Origin: Takakia lepidozioides
Taxonomy: Eukaryota > Plantae > Bryophyta
Length of the DNA: 64,000 bases
Assembly (NCBI GenBank): GCA_030704615.1
Contig: CM060732.1
Location: forward strand, 32,922,001-32,986,000
Reading direction: 5' to 3'
Shown here: one piece after another, positions 37,701 through 52,200 of the stretch
Position numbering within the stretch: position 1 is the first letter of the stretch
Layout of the letters: the number at the start of each line of letters is the position of its first letter
Notes under the pieces: generated by a model
Seen by the model: the letters and a program-made list of their open reading frames with translations, nothing else
The model's database searches: none
Told to the model about the DNA's origin: nothing
Program-made: the position numbers and the translations under genes

Positions 37701-40700
37701 CAAAAATGGCAGAACTTGTGCTAAACAACAGAAAAAGACATCAAGTTAGACATCCTTATCAATCCTTCTTGTAACTAGCAATGCCCGTGTGAAATGTTGA
37801 CACGTACAATATGAAATCGTCTTCAACCTGTCACAATTACCTGGAACAAAGAAACCGAGAGTTCTTTCTTGCCCTTCGGGAAATTCGCCTTGAGCACACA
37901 GTATCCCAATGAGTTTTGCCACATTAGGCGCCGGCCACTATGCTTACTCAAATAAAACTCCTTGAATATGTCCTGCATTGGAAGAGACCACAGAGATGCC
38001 AAAGGTAGGAGGATACTATTGTGTATCAGCGGTCGGTTGAACAACTTTTTCACAGCCATCCCTCCTAACAACTAATCTGTCTGCTGAGCCCACAAACTGA
38101 CAGAAAACCTAGCCATCCATTAGGAAGTCTGAGACACCTAGTCACGAACCCCATGACGTAGATGCAATACACACTACACCAACACCTACAACAACCAGCC
38201 GAGAGTAGGTTTTCTAAGCACCTGGACCAAAATGAACTGGCTGGGTGATAAGTGAACTAACCTGATATACATTCAACTCATGAGGCAGTCGCACCTCAAT
38301 TGGTGGATATGTAGGCCAATACCTGCACCCATCAAGCAACACATCCTGAGAGCACTAGAGAGGGAAGTATAGTTGGCCTGGCTCTTCGCTTCTCCCCACT
38401 CCCGCTCCCCAAAAGTGAGTGCATTACGGTGGCATGATAGACTGTCAGGGACAATTTGCCATGCCCACTAACTTAAATTTCAGCACTTTTTGTCATGCAA
38501 CACATTAAGTGAACTTAGCAACTTGCAAATTGTTGTCAATGTTTTCATCTCTTTTCACATTTGTACCTTCTGATCTCTGGTACCAAGGCGGATTTGCTTA
38601 GTTTGTTGTCGTTTTGGTGTTTCTTTTGGTCTTTTTATGCTTTTTGTTGTCGCGCGCTTGAAGTTTGTTGTACATCGGACTCAGTATTTTGTTCCGAGGG
38701 TGTGTGCTATCCATAGCTTGCTTTTGCTACCATGTTTGGCTCAATTTTAAAAACCATTGCTGAAACCACTGTTGAAGAAAGAACATTTCTAAGAAGTAAC
38801 TGCATACACTCTCCACAGGTTACTAAAAGAGAAGGAAAAATGGACATACCCAGTGGTCAAAACATGGACATTTAGCTCAATTCCTGAAGGTAGCTTAGTT
38901 CGAGCCTGAGCTGATTGTCTAAAGGAGTCATTGATCTCTCTTGATAGCTCTATATCCTGCAGTCCACCCACACAACTAACACGGATTACCCCCATGCCTT
39001 TTCTACCTCTCCCACTTCCTCCCCGGCAACCAGCTGCTGAAATGATGGGAACATTTGCAGATCAGTCAACTACCATTCACAGTGTTGAAAATATAAGTGC
39101 AGGAATCACAAAATAGGTCAGCAATTGGGGAGCCAAGTTCCACACTTATGTTCCAAAGGCTCCCAGCCAGAGGATGTGCTATTTCTCTAGTCATTGACGT
39201 CTGACAATTCCACAAAACATCCTGAGGTCAATCAACCCTTCCACCCATTGTCAGATTTCCCCAACCACCCCCACCCAGCTGGTTCATGCTTGAGTGTGAA
39301 CCATTTGTATCAGTGCAAGCTTGCACACAGGGAGCTCCCACAGGCTACAGGCTAATAAATGCCCATTGCAGTGTAAGTAAACACTGGTACTACTATCCCC
39401 CATTTCAGAACAGTTTTCCGCCGATTTTTCTGTATAGCAGCAACACTCCAGTGCCTAATAAAAGCTGGATCGACACAACTCAATTGAGGACGAGCATTGA
39501 TGCACTGCTAAACCAGTAATAGCTCACAGCTGGTCCCCAGCTCCCAAGCACATGAAGGCCAACAATTTGCATGTGCGACACCATGACAGAGAGTATGTAT
39601 GAGATTGGGAGAGAATCCATCGCAACTTCAGTCACTGCATTCTATGCATCAGCTATCAGCAGTAGTAAATCTTACCTTGAACATGCCCTCCAACTTGTTT
39701 GTAAATTGACTCCCACACTCTGTCTTGAGCTGCATCAAAGACAATCCAACCAAAGCTTAGGCCAGTACCTGACACCCAACAAAAGGACGACCTAAAGAAC
39801 AAAATAGAAATGCTCATTGACGTATTGGCCGACTTCATAAGAATCAATCAAGCAGCCTATCCATAAAGCTCATTCCCAAAGGTACAACAAGTAAATCCTC
39901 GTACAACAGGCAAGAAAGCTAAGAGTATCCAATCTTAGTTTTAACAATAGACAACATGCACAGGGATTTGACAAACCCACCGAGAGTCTGGTTGCCAACA
40001 AGTGACCCGTATACATGCACAAAAATCAAAATCCTTTTCCAGCATGGAAATAGGGCACCCAAATGTAAGTAGCAAGGTTGACCGTGAAGACAACAGAAGT
40101 ACCTTGGAAATCATTGACTTCTCCGCATCAATGGATGCACTCTTCCCTAGCAGCAATCGCTTGGCCAAGTCCTTTTTGTAGAAAGCCTCAAAAACATCCT
40201 TGCCCTGTGTAGATGCCATGCCAAATGTTCCAGACAATCACTGACTGCTTTCTCCCATCAACTAGTCCACACACCTCCAATATTAGGTATTGAAATGGTT
40301 AGTGTTATAGAGTTGTGGGGTCACAGGCAGTTCACCAGTATGGTTACAGCCAACAACAACGACAACAACAACAACAGGGAAGGCAGGACCAATTGTACCT
40401 GGATAAATCTGAAGAGCACCAGGACTTTGTCAAGAGTGCCTTCAAGCTCCTCCTCCGAAGTTCCCTTATTTCCAGCACGGAGCTTGCCATCAATAAATTT
40501 AGCAATCAGCTCTGCAGGCCGGTTCTGCATCACATTGACCAGTGACAACTGTGACAGATGTTATTGCATGCCATTCTGGATACAGAACAAGAATTTATAT
40601 GAACAACATAAATATCAGAAGAGTTTCTTGTCAATCTTAAGAAATAATATCTGCCTTTGCGTCCACACGTTGAAGCCTTCATTCATGAGCGTAACCAACC

Positions 40701-43700
40701 AGCCAGTAGCCATCATAAAAAGAGAAAAAAAAGGTTCACTCCTGCAGAAGCAAGCGTAAATTATGATGACAGTTCACCCTGAAGGATTACTGTTTTCCGT
40801 TGCTGCTGCTTGTGGTACAGACAATAATGGACAATTACAGGAGCAACAGATGTGTGGGACTGGGAATGGTCTTTGCACAAGCAAAGTAAGCAATGCTCTT
40901 AATTAGTACGCATTCCCGCCACTTAGAATATGATGACCTCACTGCCAACTGATGTATACAAGGTAAAGATAAGTAGCTCAACTAATATCTGGCAGCATGT
41001 GTATCAGCACTGCATACATCTATTTCACAGAAAACCAATCAAGGCCATCAAAGGCAACAAAGTACAATGATTCTTCGAGAGAGAATTTTACAACCAACCT
41101 GTCGCAAGTTGATGAGATGTTCAAAGGCATCCTTAAGAGTATTAGCAAAGCTCTCATTCTTTGAGAAGCTTTCTTCCCAGATGGTGTCCAGGCGTGCCTT
41201 CAAGTCCAACAGGCATGACACCAAATCCTTCTCCTTCTCTTCGTCCATCACGATGTCATGTCCGGTGGCTTTTATGTATGCACTCAGCGCCTGTCGCAGC
41301 AGCTCAAGAGCACTCACTCGGGCAAACAGCGCATACATGCGTTGCAGGTCACCCACACGGTTGGCATCCATCAGCAGACTGTAACCCTGCCAGCCCACAT
41401 ATGAAATTCAAGTGGTCAACAGCCCACACTCAAAATGGGGGGCTGATGAGCATCCAATTTGCAGCAAGAATCTCAAGGAGAAGTTCAGCAACCAGGATTT
41501 GGTAGCCCATGTAGATGTGGCTTACGTGCGGGTTCCCCTTCACTTCCCATCCTTTAACAATCTACACTATGTGGGTATTAAGACACATTGCATGTCCTTT
41601 AGCCACGTGAGAGTACATGATAAGTTTTCTTCCATCTCCTCCATCCTGCAAATTGGATCATCATAACTAGTATGTCCGAGTCCAAAGCATCAAGTAGTCA
41701 GTATTAGAAGTCAAGGGGATTCCACAATGACGTCATTCCTTAATAAGCAAACAATACCTGATCCTCATCTTCAGTCCCCACGGCTCTTCTTTTAAGCCCC
41801 AAGCTTATTCCTTCACAATGCTTCCCTAGTGACCTGTACTTGTGTCTGACATAGCAAATGATGCATACCTTGTCAAGAATGGCAGCCGTATGTCGGTCTA
41901 GCAGCTGCTTCTCTGCTGTGGCAACTAGCAGCTTGCGCGTGCTTGCGTCCAGATACAGCAAACATCTCTCATTCTCTTCGTGAAGCCTTGCCTGTCACAT
42001 GTAAACACAGCAAAGTACCAAAACTATAACAAATAAAAAGGCTGATATCAGGTGTATCTGAAGCTGAATGGGCAGAATGGAAAGAGGAATGTGATACAAC
42101 CTGCCCCAATCAGATTTAGAAGACCATAAAACATTTATGGTCCCTCACACATGTGATTATCATGACCAACTGCCTTATCACAATTCCCATAACTCATCAC
42201 ACTTAATCCCAGAAGCTCACCTCCACATGTTTCAAGTAATCAGGCACATCAGTCTGCTGCATGAAGCGTGTTCCCTCAGCTGCATAGAAATCAGCGGTGA
42301 ACTCCAAGAAAGGCCTTTCAAAACTATCGGAGTAGATACCCAGGGCACTGAACATTCGCAGTAAGTGCTTCAAAAGTGTTCGATCCACTGTCTCCCCCAT
42401 CCTGGCATGTCATAACAGTCCCCCAATCAGCTTCATCTAGTAGCCACCCCTCCAAACACACCAATCGTTGAGTTTTCTTGGGTAAATGCAACTGTGGTGT
42501 CAGAAAACCTTGGCACCGTCAAAATCCATAACAACCTCAGCTACTTCTCCAAATCTGCCTCACACTTGCTTTCGGTTTTCATGATTATATTCTTCTTTTG
42601 GATGGTGAGAGAATGGTATGAGAGTCAGAATGGCATCCAATAGTGAATGTGAAGGTTTATTTACAACACAACAATAAATATCATGACATTAATTGACACT
42701 CCAGAGTAAAGTGAACCCAAACATGGAGCACACTCAATCATATGATGCAAAGGGCCCCCACAGAAAGAAACCAGAAAACACATGACAAATGTCAACCCTC
42801 AGTGCTAGGATGAGCAAATTGGAGTTGCCTACATTATTCCTTCAGGCACTAGCACCTCCAGAGACTAATCCCATTCAACCAGTGGTGCAAAAAGTAGCAT
42901 TGGTTACAATTCTACTCGTAGAGCTGCTGCGCTAACCTCTCTTTTTCAATGAGCCTCAGTAAGCCTGAGACTGTCTTCCGCTCGACTTCAGGACATGCCG
43001 AAAGATGGCGTCGAAAGAGCTGAAGTCCCATGTCCCATAGGGATCGGACACCTGAGTTTTGAATTACATAGGTTCGATCTAAGTAAAGTGCAATGCTTCG
43101 GATCATGAGCATTTGGTCACAATGATCCTGCCAGCATTTCTCCACATGAGACAGGAACACAACTGCATCAGGGCTCTGGCCTACTAGTGTTTGCAGTTTC
43201 ACGGTAATGTGGGTCTCGCACTCCTGCTGTAGTCTCTTATACAAGTTACCTCCCATCTTGTGCAAACAGAGATCCTCAACAGCCTGCAGAAAACATGACA
43301 ATGTGTCATGCCATCACATCCACTAGAAAAATGGATACAGTTGGAATGTTCTATACATAAAGATTGCACCTCTGTATCCTACTCAAACGACCCTAATGAT
43401 CACCAAAATTTCTTGGCCAGAGGCTCAGATTCATACCCTATATAGTTCCTCCAAGCTGCATGACACTGGCTGCTTCAGGTGAATGGCCGTCACTGCTTCC
43501 TTGATCTTGGCCCAAGTAACCTCCTCAAAGTTATTGGGTAGCTTAGGTTTATCTGCAACCAATCAAAGTGTGTTCCCAACACCATCACATGACTAGCACA
43601 GAAGACAGCAAACTTCTGATGCATCAATGTTCCGAAGCACCGAAGACGCCCCTTGATTCTTTTTCTCACAAACATCTCCAGGGTAAGATGAAACATTTTG

Positions 43701-44642
43701 CTTTGAATTCACTGCTATCTGAGGCCATCATGCACAAAGTTCTTTGACCATGACTTTTTTGAGACCAACGTAACTAGTTTATATGAATAATGCCAAAATA
43801 CCCTATCCATCAAAAGACACCTGTTGATCACATACAAGGGAAGTCCAAACAAGCAATAGACATTGCCAGCAGTGCCATGTGGCATGCATCTTCACCAGGA
43901 TTAGCAGTGACAAGTTCATGTGTTTTAGTTCACACAGATGTTACAATTAGATCTTACACTAGTAATTTTTCAGACCTAAGGCATGCCTTAGCTGGAGAGC
44001 TCAACCAACAGTAGGACACAATTCAGCATTCCACCATACAGACAGTGTCCGTCTCATTGGAACAGATCAGTAATCTGTGTGACAACATACTTGTACACAA
44101 ACTGTGGGGTTCTTGTATTGAGCCTTCCATCACTCCTCATCATATGATCACCAAAACACCCAGACTGAGGCTACCTTGTTTCAGGCATGACAACTATTGT
44201 TACCTAATTGCAACGTACTGCAATTCGAACACATTCAGAACTGCGGCTATCCACCCTAAATTTTTTGGCTAAACAAGTCTGTAATATACACAGGGGAGAG
44301 TAAGAGCAATTTACCTTTAAATGGTTTTATAACCAGCTTCTTGACTGGCTGAGGCGGGGTCGCCTTTTTCCTTGACAAATTGGCGGTGGTTCCCCCAGCC
44401 GCACCACCAACACCGCTCAAACCCATGCCAGAGGCTGGCCCAACAGATGCAGTGAGGCCTTGGTGATCCAGTAACATGAGATCCGCGGCACTGTCATCTT
44501 CATTGGTCAAATCCCGAATTCCATTCTTTTCATAGGGTTCCAGGACGGGCTGGGGCTTTGGTTTCTTGGTGGCCGAAATCATGGTCGGCGAGATGCCGCT
44601 GCCGCTGCTGCTACTGCTGCTCAGCCTCTTTTTATGCGACAT
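34761..44642 (-). CDS. CUL4: Cullin-4 (819 aa, 17 coding exons)
   Basis: Phase-consistent GT-AG exons: 44315-44642, 43437-43552, 42937-43283, 42221-42401, 41869-41991, 41099-41386, 40399-40524, 40103-40204, 39676-39729, 38850-38956, 38262-38322, 37841-37972, 37314-37451, 36574-36654, 35688-35768, 35094-35174, 34761-34874. Motifs [43 protein letters not shown], the neddylation region IVRIMKTRK, and C-terminal IYNYLA*. Confidence 0.97.
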
Positions 44643-45504
44643 CAAACTTCCTAACAAACACTCACGCGCTGCAAGGGCCTTGCCTGCCCTTCCCACTCCC
44701 TCTCTGTCCTCGCATTTTCTGGAATAATCCAAGTATCTCGAAATCCGAGGTTTACTTCAAACTGCTCCGCTGCCCTTATCCACACTATTCATGAGGTGTG
44801 TGCCGTACTAGGTGTCACTCCTGTCCGACCATGCAGATTATGCCCCTTGTAGATTCAGTCACAATTGTCCTTTCGAACCAAATTCCCCTGCATCGGGAGC
44901 TGATTCTCTGTGAATCCGCTGCCCTCCTTTTCTAGTATCTGCGTTCACCTCCCTTCTTCACAAGAGCAAAGAGAAGCGTACAAGTGCTGCAGAGCCCCTG
45001 GAAATGGACCCTGCCCCCGAGAGTCGAGAATTACCCCCCTGCCTAAGCCAACCAGTCCACGAATCTTACGATGTTGCACCAGGACGCACTTACTGGGATC
45101 ACAAATGCAGCACATACACCACACACCTCCTCCGTTTCCTGCATTCTACATATCCACTTCACTTGTCCTCAACTCTCCTACATCCTAGAGCCAAGCCTAA
45201 ACCTGCACACAGCAAGAACGCGAAACAAACGGATACACCAAAACAACCCGACGACGGACGGAAACAAAAACAGCCACAGGTATTATTGTATCAACAGAAA
45301 GCTCACACCAAGACGAAAAGCATCCTAATGAAACACACACAACAGCAGCTCCTACCTGCCAGCCCTAACTCGCAATCCCTCGCTGCCTGCGAGGTTCAAG
45401 CCCTGCGCGAGACGATGGGCACGATCGCGAGACGGACCCTGCCATCGCCGACCCTCCCTGCCCTCCTCGCCTTTACCCGACCCCCCTCTCTACTCTACCC
45501 ACGC

Positions 45505-45955
45505 GGGTCACCTCAACAGACTTCAGTGGATGAACAAATCTCGGTGCCCTCCATCCGTCGATCACCTCAACAGACTTCCGTGAATGAACGTATCTCGGTG
45601 CCCTCCATCCATCGATCACCTCAACAGATGAATCTCCATCCATCGGCAACGCTATTTTCGTCCACTACGTCGACAAGAGATGGAGGGAGGATGGACAGCC
45701 TCATCGGTGCCCTCCATCCGTCGATCACCTCAACAGACTTCCCTGGATGAATCTACCTCGGTATCCATCCATCGGTAACGCTATTTTCGTCAGGAGGGAG
45801 GATGGACAGCCTCATCGGTGCCCTCCATCCGTCGATCACGTCAACAGACTTCCCTGGATGAATCTATCTCGGTACCCTCCATCCATCGGTAACACTATTT
45901 TCGTCCACTACGTCGACAAGAGATGGAGGGAGGATGGACAGCCTCATCCATGCAC
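45505..45955. repeat. Irregular short tandem repeats upstream of CUL4
   Basis: TCGGTGCCCTCCATCC(G/A)TCGATCAC(C/G)TCAACAGA recurs about 4 times and GAGGGAGGATGGACAGCCTCATC 3 times. Confidence 0.8.
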
Positions 45956-48078
45956 TCCCGACTAAATTTAACACTGTTGTTCTCTAGAGTAGGCAGTGAG
46001 TCCCAGGGACAACCTGCATAAAGGTTGCCTTTGAGGAGATGGTCACACTAAGCATGCGTCAGCTTGTGGATATCGTGGACTCAGTTGCATGACTTGTAGA
46101 GTTCCGAGAGCTTCAAACAAGGTACATGCAAAGGTTGGCACAAACATTTGTTCAACAAGAAGACACAGATTGATCTAGTCATCAGATTCTCACTAAAGCA
46201 TGTTCAATCTGAGCTCAAAGCAAAGTCCCAGTTGATAGAAATGTGTAGAGTTATCTGATCCCAGAGGTGGGCGGGGTAGTAGCATCATGCATGAGGGGTG
46301 ACTTGTTCTGGATTGCTAGACAGATTTGTCTCATGTGCAAAACAGCCCCATAACATCTCACAAGCTGTACAGCTAAGAATTTGTTCTTTAAATTTCCAGG
46401 CACTTGCTTTGTTTCTCTCTTGAACTTCCACATCACTGAGTCCTGCATGCTCATTTGATCTTGCAACCACCAAACCTGGCCTTCAAATATCGGCCCTCTT
46501 CGCATGATATGATTTCTTTGGGTTTAGTTTGATACTAACAGTTGTCCAGAATTCACATGCTACAATCATATGCCCACAACTGTGCTAAGAGACGGATCCA
46601 GTAGATCACACCATCACAAAACTTTCCTCTGCGAATCCTGGTCCATTTCTCTTTCTGCTCCACTAGATTGCAAGTTTGCCTCCAGGGTTTACATGATGAT
46701 TTGTACACCAGTTTTTCTCTTCCAACAATCTCTGAAGCGGAGCTGTAAGATCCACCAACAGCAATCGGGTACTCGCATGTGTGCCTATCCACCACCAGAT
46801 GCATTGCAGATAATTCTTTAAGCTGTTGTATCTAGACTTCAGGAGGAAACAATTTGTTGTACCCCAAGTGTTATAGAAGCATAAGACCATGGAAGAAGCT
46901 TGGATCTTCTTTCCCTCTTGGACAAGATCAGCCCTCCATCTACGACAAGAGATATAGCGATCACTCCCATGTCATACAGATTGTAAATGTTCAAGATGTG
47001 GGGGGCAGGACCTGCCATTTTTCGGATGGGATATTCTACCCTGTGAGAGCTTCAAAGCTAGATCCCTCATCATTGGCCGCTGCTACAGATTTTTTTGTTG
47101 CCCCATGGAGAAAAATAGACATACATGAGGAAATCTTGAACAAAGTTTGCAAAAACCCAGGAAACAAGATCATGGTCTCCCAGCTTTTGTGCATGATGCA
47201 TGCTCGTAGAACGTCTCCATCTTCAGTGCAAGCTGGTTCCTTGATCGCTTGTTGGCACTATCAAGCATGCGCCGTTCACATGACTTGTAGATTTTGCTCT
47301 CCTCATTCGCAACCCTTGTACTTGCCATTGTAATATCAATGCTTAGCAAGAAGACTTCCAAAAAGGCCTGCCTTGCAGTATCTGTGAGAGAGAGATGTGT
47401 TCCTCATTGGTATGCTTGGAGGGAAGAAAAACAGGGAGTAGCACATAGACAGAGACTGTTGAGAAGACCCAGGAGACTCTGATATAGGTAATGTATGTAC
47501 ATGGGTGAAACCAAACAAGAGCCTTATTACGCTCCATATTAGACAGACTTGTGGACCTTCAACAAAAGAGCTTTGGACTGAGTTTTGTCCATGCTTTTTC
47601 TGATGCCTAAAGGGAATGTTGAATCTCGACTTCACAAAACATGCCCAAGTGGAGATTGTCTTGGTCAGCTGTAGGGAAATAGTCTTACTTGAAAGACCTA
47701 AGCTACAACATGATGCTCACCACAATCCACACCAACACTCAATATCACTGACCTAGATTGGGAAAACGAAAATAATGCAGGATACCTGCAGTGCATGCAT
47801 CATATAAATGGGCGGTATGCTGCAATGAGCACCTCTTCAACCGCCAGACATTCGGCTTTCTGCAGCACATGTCAGGGATCCTCAATTGAGTTCGTTCATG
47901 AACTAAAGTTTTGGAATCTGTCGAGTCCAGAGAAAACCTTGGTTAATGCCTCTAGCTTTGTTTTACCTCTTTAGGATGCTTGTCCACATCCAGAATGCAT
48001 GGACTCACAACAACTCCTTGACTAGCATGTCATCAAGAGCATTGTGTCATTAAAACACACCGAAGTGTAATAACACTG

Positions 48079-48111
<33 letters not shown>

Positions 48112-48255
48112 TCCTAGTTATCTTGCTAAGCTCTTGGTAACACCACCCAAGTAGTGCCTAATCCTGTTGGAATTTCCTGCCTAGAATAAAACAGGAAAAC
48201 AAGTAACTTCTTTGTGACAACACTCTAGAATTGTCTGATCCCTGTCTCTCTTTCT

Positions 48256-48530
48256 CTAGGCCCATCCCTGCTCGCCACCCTTGATCTTGATGGGTTGTGC
48301 ATAATTCACAGTCAGCACATGGCCATATAGCTCAGCATTGTGCATGTTGTCCATTGCGGCACCAGCATCTTCCTTCTCAAGGTACGTCACAAAACCAATC
48401 CCCGGTGCTTTTGAGTGGACTGGTCTAAGAGAATGCTTACATCCTTGATGTCTCCAAACGGTATGAAGGCCGTATGCAACGCCCCCTCCTTCACTCCTCC
48501 AGCCCTCCTGTTGACCATATCCATAGCCAG
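48256..48530 (-). pseudogene. Truncated, frameshifted RRM gene of the cyclophilin-E (PPIE/CYP33) RRM type
   Basis: [14 protein letters not shown] / [46 protein letters not shown]; frameshift, premature stop, no introns seen. Confidence 0.8.
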
Positions 48531-48904
48531 TTTGTAAGATTCCCATTCCCAAGTTTTCTGTTTTTAAGGTTCACCTGCAGGTTGGCATCCTCTTCTCCTT
48601 CGTGCTATGCAGAAGCATGCTTTGAAAGGGATCGATACAGTGATTTGAGTAAGGTTTCTATCCTCACAAATGGAAGCATTGAAATGTTAATGAAAAATCT
48701 GACTCACGAAACCAATAACGACCTTGCCATACTGTGTGAGAGAGACACAAACACCCACCAACATAGAGGGTGGTCTTGGGATTGGATCCCATTGAAAATA
48801 CTCGCCCCTCCTCAGACTGCCCTTCAACCGCGGATCCAGGAAAGCAATACTCGTCTTTGCGTCCAAAACCCTCCTGTAATAAAACCTCTAAAACCTAAAC
48901 CCAC

Positions 48905-49215
48905 AAATAGGGGATTGCAACTTGGACTTAGATGACATTGGACACTGGAGGTAGCACTTGGGCCTCTACATGGGAGACGCATTTGGATACATAGGAGATT
49001 GCACTTGGGCTTAGATTTCAATTCTTCACACATGCTACCTAGATCTCCCAAGCTGTAGGGCCTCTGGCTACATGGGGGATTGCACTTGGACTTGATGACT
49101 TTGGACACTTGGGCCAAGGGCACAAGCTACTTTAGAGGTTGCACTTGGGCCTCGACACAAGAGATGCTCTTGCATACATAGGGGATTGCACTCGGACTTA
49201 GAGCATCTCCACAAT
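48905..49215. repeat. Short degenerate repeats (TTGCACTTGGGC/GGAC) truncating the MTase-like gene
   Basis: GCACTTGG(G/A)C recurs about 7 times; the MTase-like reading frame loses similarity at this boundary. Confidence 0.6.
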
Positions 49216-49220
49216 GAGCA

Positions 49221-52200
49221 CGGCCCTCTCCAAGGAACCCCATTCCCCCTTCGCAAGCACACGTTGCTGTCGACGTAGTTGTGATGCATGTCATCCGTGG
49301 GAGGATCTGTCCTGTCATCTATGAACTTGGCCCCATGAGTGATGGTGAACTCGGTAATGCCGGCCGGAGTCGTTTGTGGATGCACCCGGACGAGACAAAC
49401 AGCTTCAAACAGACGAGTCTGCAAACATGACATCCACAAGGAACTAAGAAGCAAAAAAAAATCGGGCCCCTACATATGAGTTTGAGCGACCTATACAACC
49501 CCATCCAAGAACAACCAAGAAGAGGAAGAAGAAGGCAAACTCACCATCTCTCCCGGACGATCCCCCTTCGTAAGGTACATGCTATCCACACAATTCCATG
49601 TCTTCACGACTCTCATGCCCGAGGCTTTCAAATAGCTGGAAAGTGCACGGCGACACCGAACGTCGATGGACTGGATGAGCACCAAAACACCTGCATCGGA
49701 CAGGAAGAAGTTGCAAAAGGAGAAAACCCACCACCAGTAGCGCTCATCAAAAGCATTCCAACCCGGACAAGCACCCGATGGAGGGATATCCGGGACTGCC
49801 AACCCATCAAGGATGTCCAAGATGATGAGTTCGGCTGCATATGGCTTCTCCTTCCCATTCACCCAGGATTTGGTCATTTTAGCCTGCAAACAAAAATACA
49901 ATGGAATTCTCACAAGTTTAGAAACGATCCATGCCCACAGCAGACAAAGACAACAGAAGCCACATAACCCAAAGAGAACACGCACCGTGCTGAGGAACTC
50001 CACAATCCTGTCCCACACTGGTGATGGCTCGCCCTTGTAATCAGATTTCTTCGACTCCATCATGGCAAGGAACCCGACGTTGGCCATCTCCAACCTGGTT
50101 GGGCAAATGACCCTCGTGGGATGTTCCACTGCATGGTACGGGTCCTTGGGATCAACCACCCCCTTGTTTTTTCTCCCGGATCCCCTACCATGCGGTGGAG
50201 TCTGCTGGACATGCTCCACAGGGCCAATATCTGCAACACTTCCCTGCCCTTGTGCCACCTTCCCTCTACCCCTTCCCTTCCCCACAACACCAGCAACATC
50301 TTTTCCCTTTGCCTTTCTTCCTCTACCTGGGGTATCCTGAGCGGGAGGCTCCTTCTCTGCAAGAGTCCTCAAATTTCGTTCATGAATGTCGAGGTTGGCT
50401 GCTGCGGCAGTGGCTGCAATACGGTCATTCTCTCTCCTCAAAGACACCTCTGGAGCTGGGGTCTCAGAAGGAGGGCAATCCAAATACCAACCACAAGAAG
50501 AAAGATGGTCTGGGCCCCAGTCATGCAAGATCCCAGTAGTAAACATGGTCTGGTTGCCAGCAGGGACAAGCCACAGGTCCACGAAATCTGGATGTTTGTC
50601 CAGGCAATTCTCTTCCAGGAGAACAAACTTTATGTACCTGCAGAGACAGCCTCATTTTACAATGGAAATATTGTGTGGCAACTTTTCCATCACACCAGGA
50701 AGACCCCCTTCAACAGTATGCCACACAACACATTGCAACCACAGCACAAATAAGTAGTGCAAGAGTGTGCACCTGTAAAGGCATCGTTTCTAGGCTTCCT
50801 CTCCTTTTTCTTGCTGGTCCAGCTCATTTGTTCGACTGATGCCACCCTCCTTGCTGAACTCTCTAAAGAAACAAGAGTGCCACACTGTGGCTCTCCATTT
50901 CCTCATGTATGCTTCGAAGGACACCTTCGGTGCTATCATACTGATGCCATAGTCAGCCAGCTGAGTATGCAGAACCGATCTGGCCCTTTCTTCCAACTGC
51001 AAAACAATACAAATGCAAGAATGAACCCAAAAGCAATCACAGCGAATGTAAGAGGCAATAGAAAGATAAGGACAAGAAAAGAGAAAAGACAGTGACACAG
51101 GGAAGGACATCACACCTGGCTCCAGTAAGTGGCCTTGTGAAGCCAGGTGTCCAGCACATTGTCACTGACAGGAATGACACGCTGGGTCTTCTTCTCTTTC
51201 TCCGGCCTTGGGAACATGTGGGTATCCCTAACTGTGGGATCGGAGTTCCATATCTGCAGCCACTTCACCTTTTGTTCTGGAGACACAACGGCGGTAGACA
51301 ACCTGTGCAACTTCTCCTGGGCCATTTCTGGCTTGCCTGGCTTGTTATAATGGTTTTTTATCTCCACGAGAAACTGCGGTCCGAATGATGGGTCGGCAAT
51401 TCTCAACTGCTTCACGAAAGCACTCATTATAGTCCTTCTTGTAGCGGTCATCTCTTTCTGGATGCGACTCTCAACCCCCTTTGCTGTCCTTCTCTCCTCA
51501 GGGGTAGAGCTGTAGTATTCCAGTTTGCCACGCTCCCCTGCATCTGCAATGTCTTGCTGCAAGGGAATGCAAGAGAGTTGCATCAGCACAAGGTCAAGGG
51601 AAACAAACAGAAACAAACATGTGGAATATGGAAGACCAGATGAAGGAAGATGTATCTCACCGTGTACATGTACTCCATGAAAGCCTCACGGGTCAACGAG
51701 TACCACGTTTCCGATGTCTTGGAGCTTTCGCACTTCTTGTACATCTCCGCTGAAAGGATGGTCTTGAAGTTGGTCAAGGGCATCTGCCCTATCCTTTGTA
51801 TCCTATACAGTGTGTGAACCAAACTCGTTTTGACATGCGATGTCTCCGTTCCTCTGCAGAATGATATCTGTAAGTCAGAATGAAATTCAAGGTCTTCAAT
51901 CAAAGAAGAACGGAACCACAAGTGGAACATGTAGAATGAGAAACCAACCTGTTCACATCATTCATTGTTGTCAGAAGACCCATCATGTTCCCGTCACAAT
52001 CCAGCACCATCGATCAAACAGAGTAATGCCACTCTTCCTCCTGTGAGTGCAGCCTCCCAATGACAGCCATCCATGCAAGCAAGCGGTGGTTCCCATCCCA
52101 AACGTGAAACATCTTTCCCGAGAATGCCTGGGTGGAAGGTTTCCTGGAGAGAAGAAGTTCGAAGGATTCGTTCAGCTGTCTCCAAATGGGGTCCCAGGAG

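Noticed and set aside
23609-44642. ORC3 and CUL4 as a functional replication-licensing cluster
   Set aside because: Adjacency of two housekeeping genes is not evidence without conserved synteny or co-regulation data.
45004-45750. 248-aa plus-strand ORF
   Set aside because: Low-complexity, antisense to the probable CUL4 5' UTR/intron, and runs into repeats; no domain evidence.
46000-48000. Decayed coding-like sequence with short ORFs
   Set aside because: No motif I can recognise; cannot be assigned without a search.
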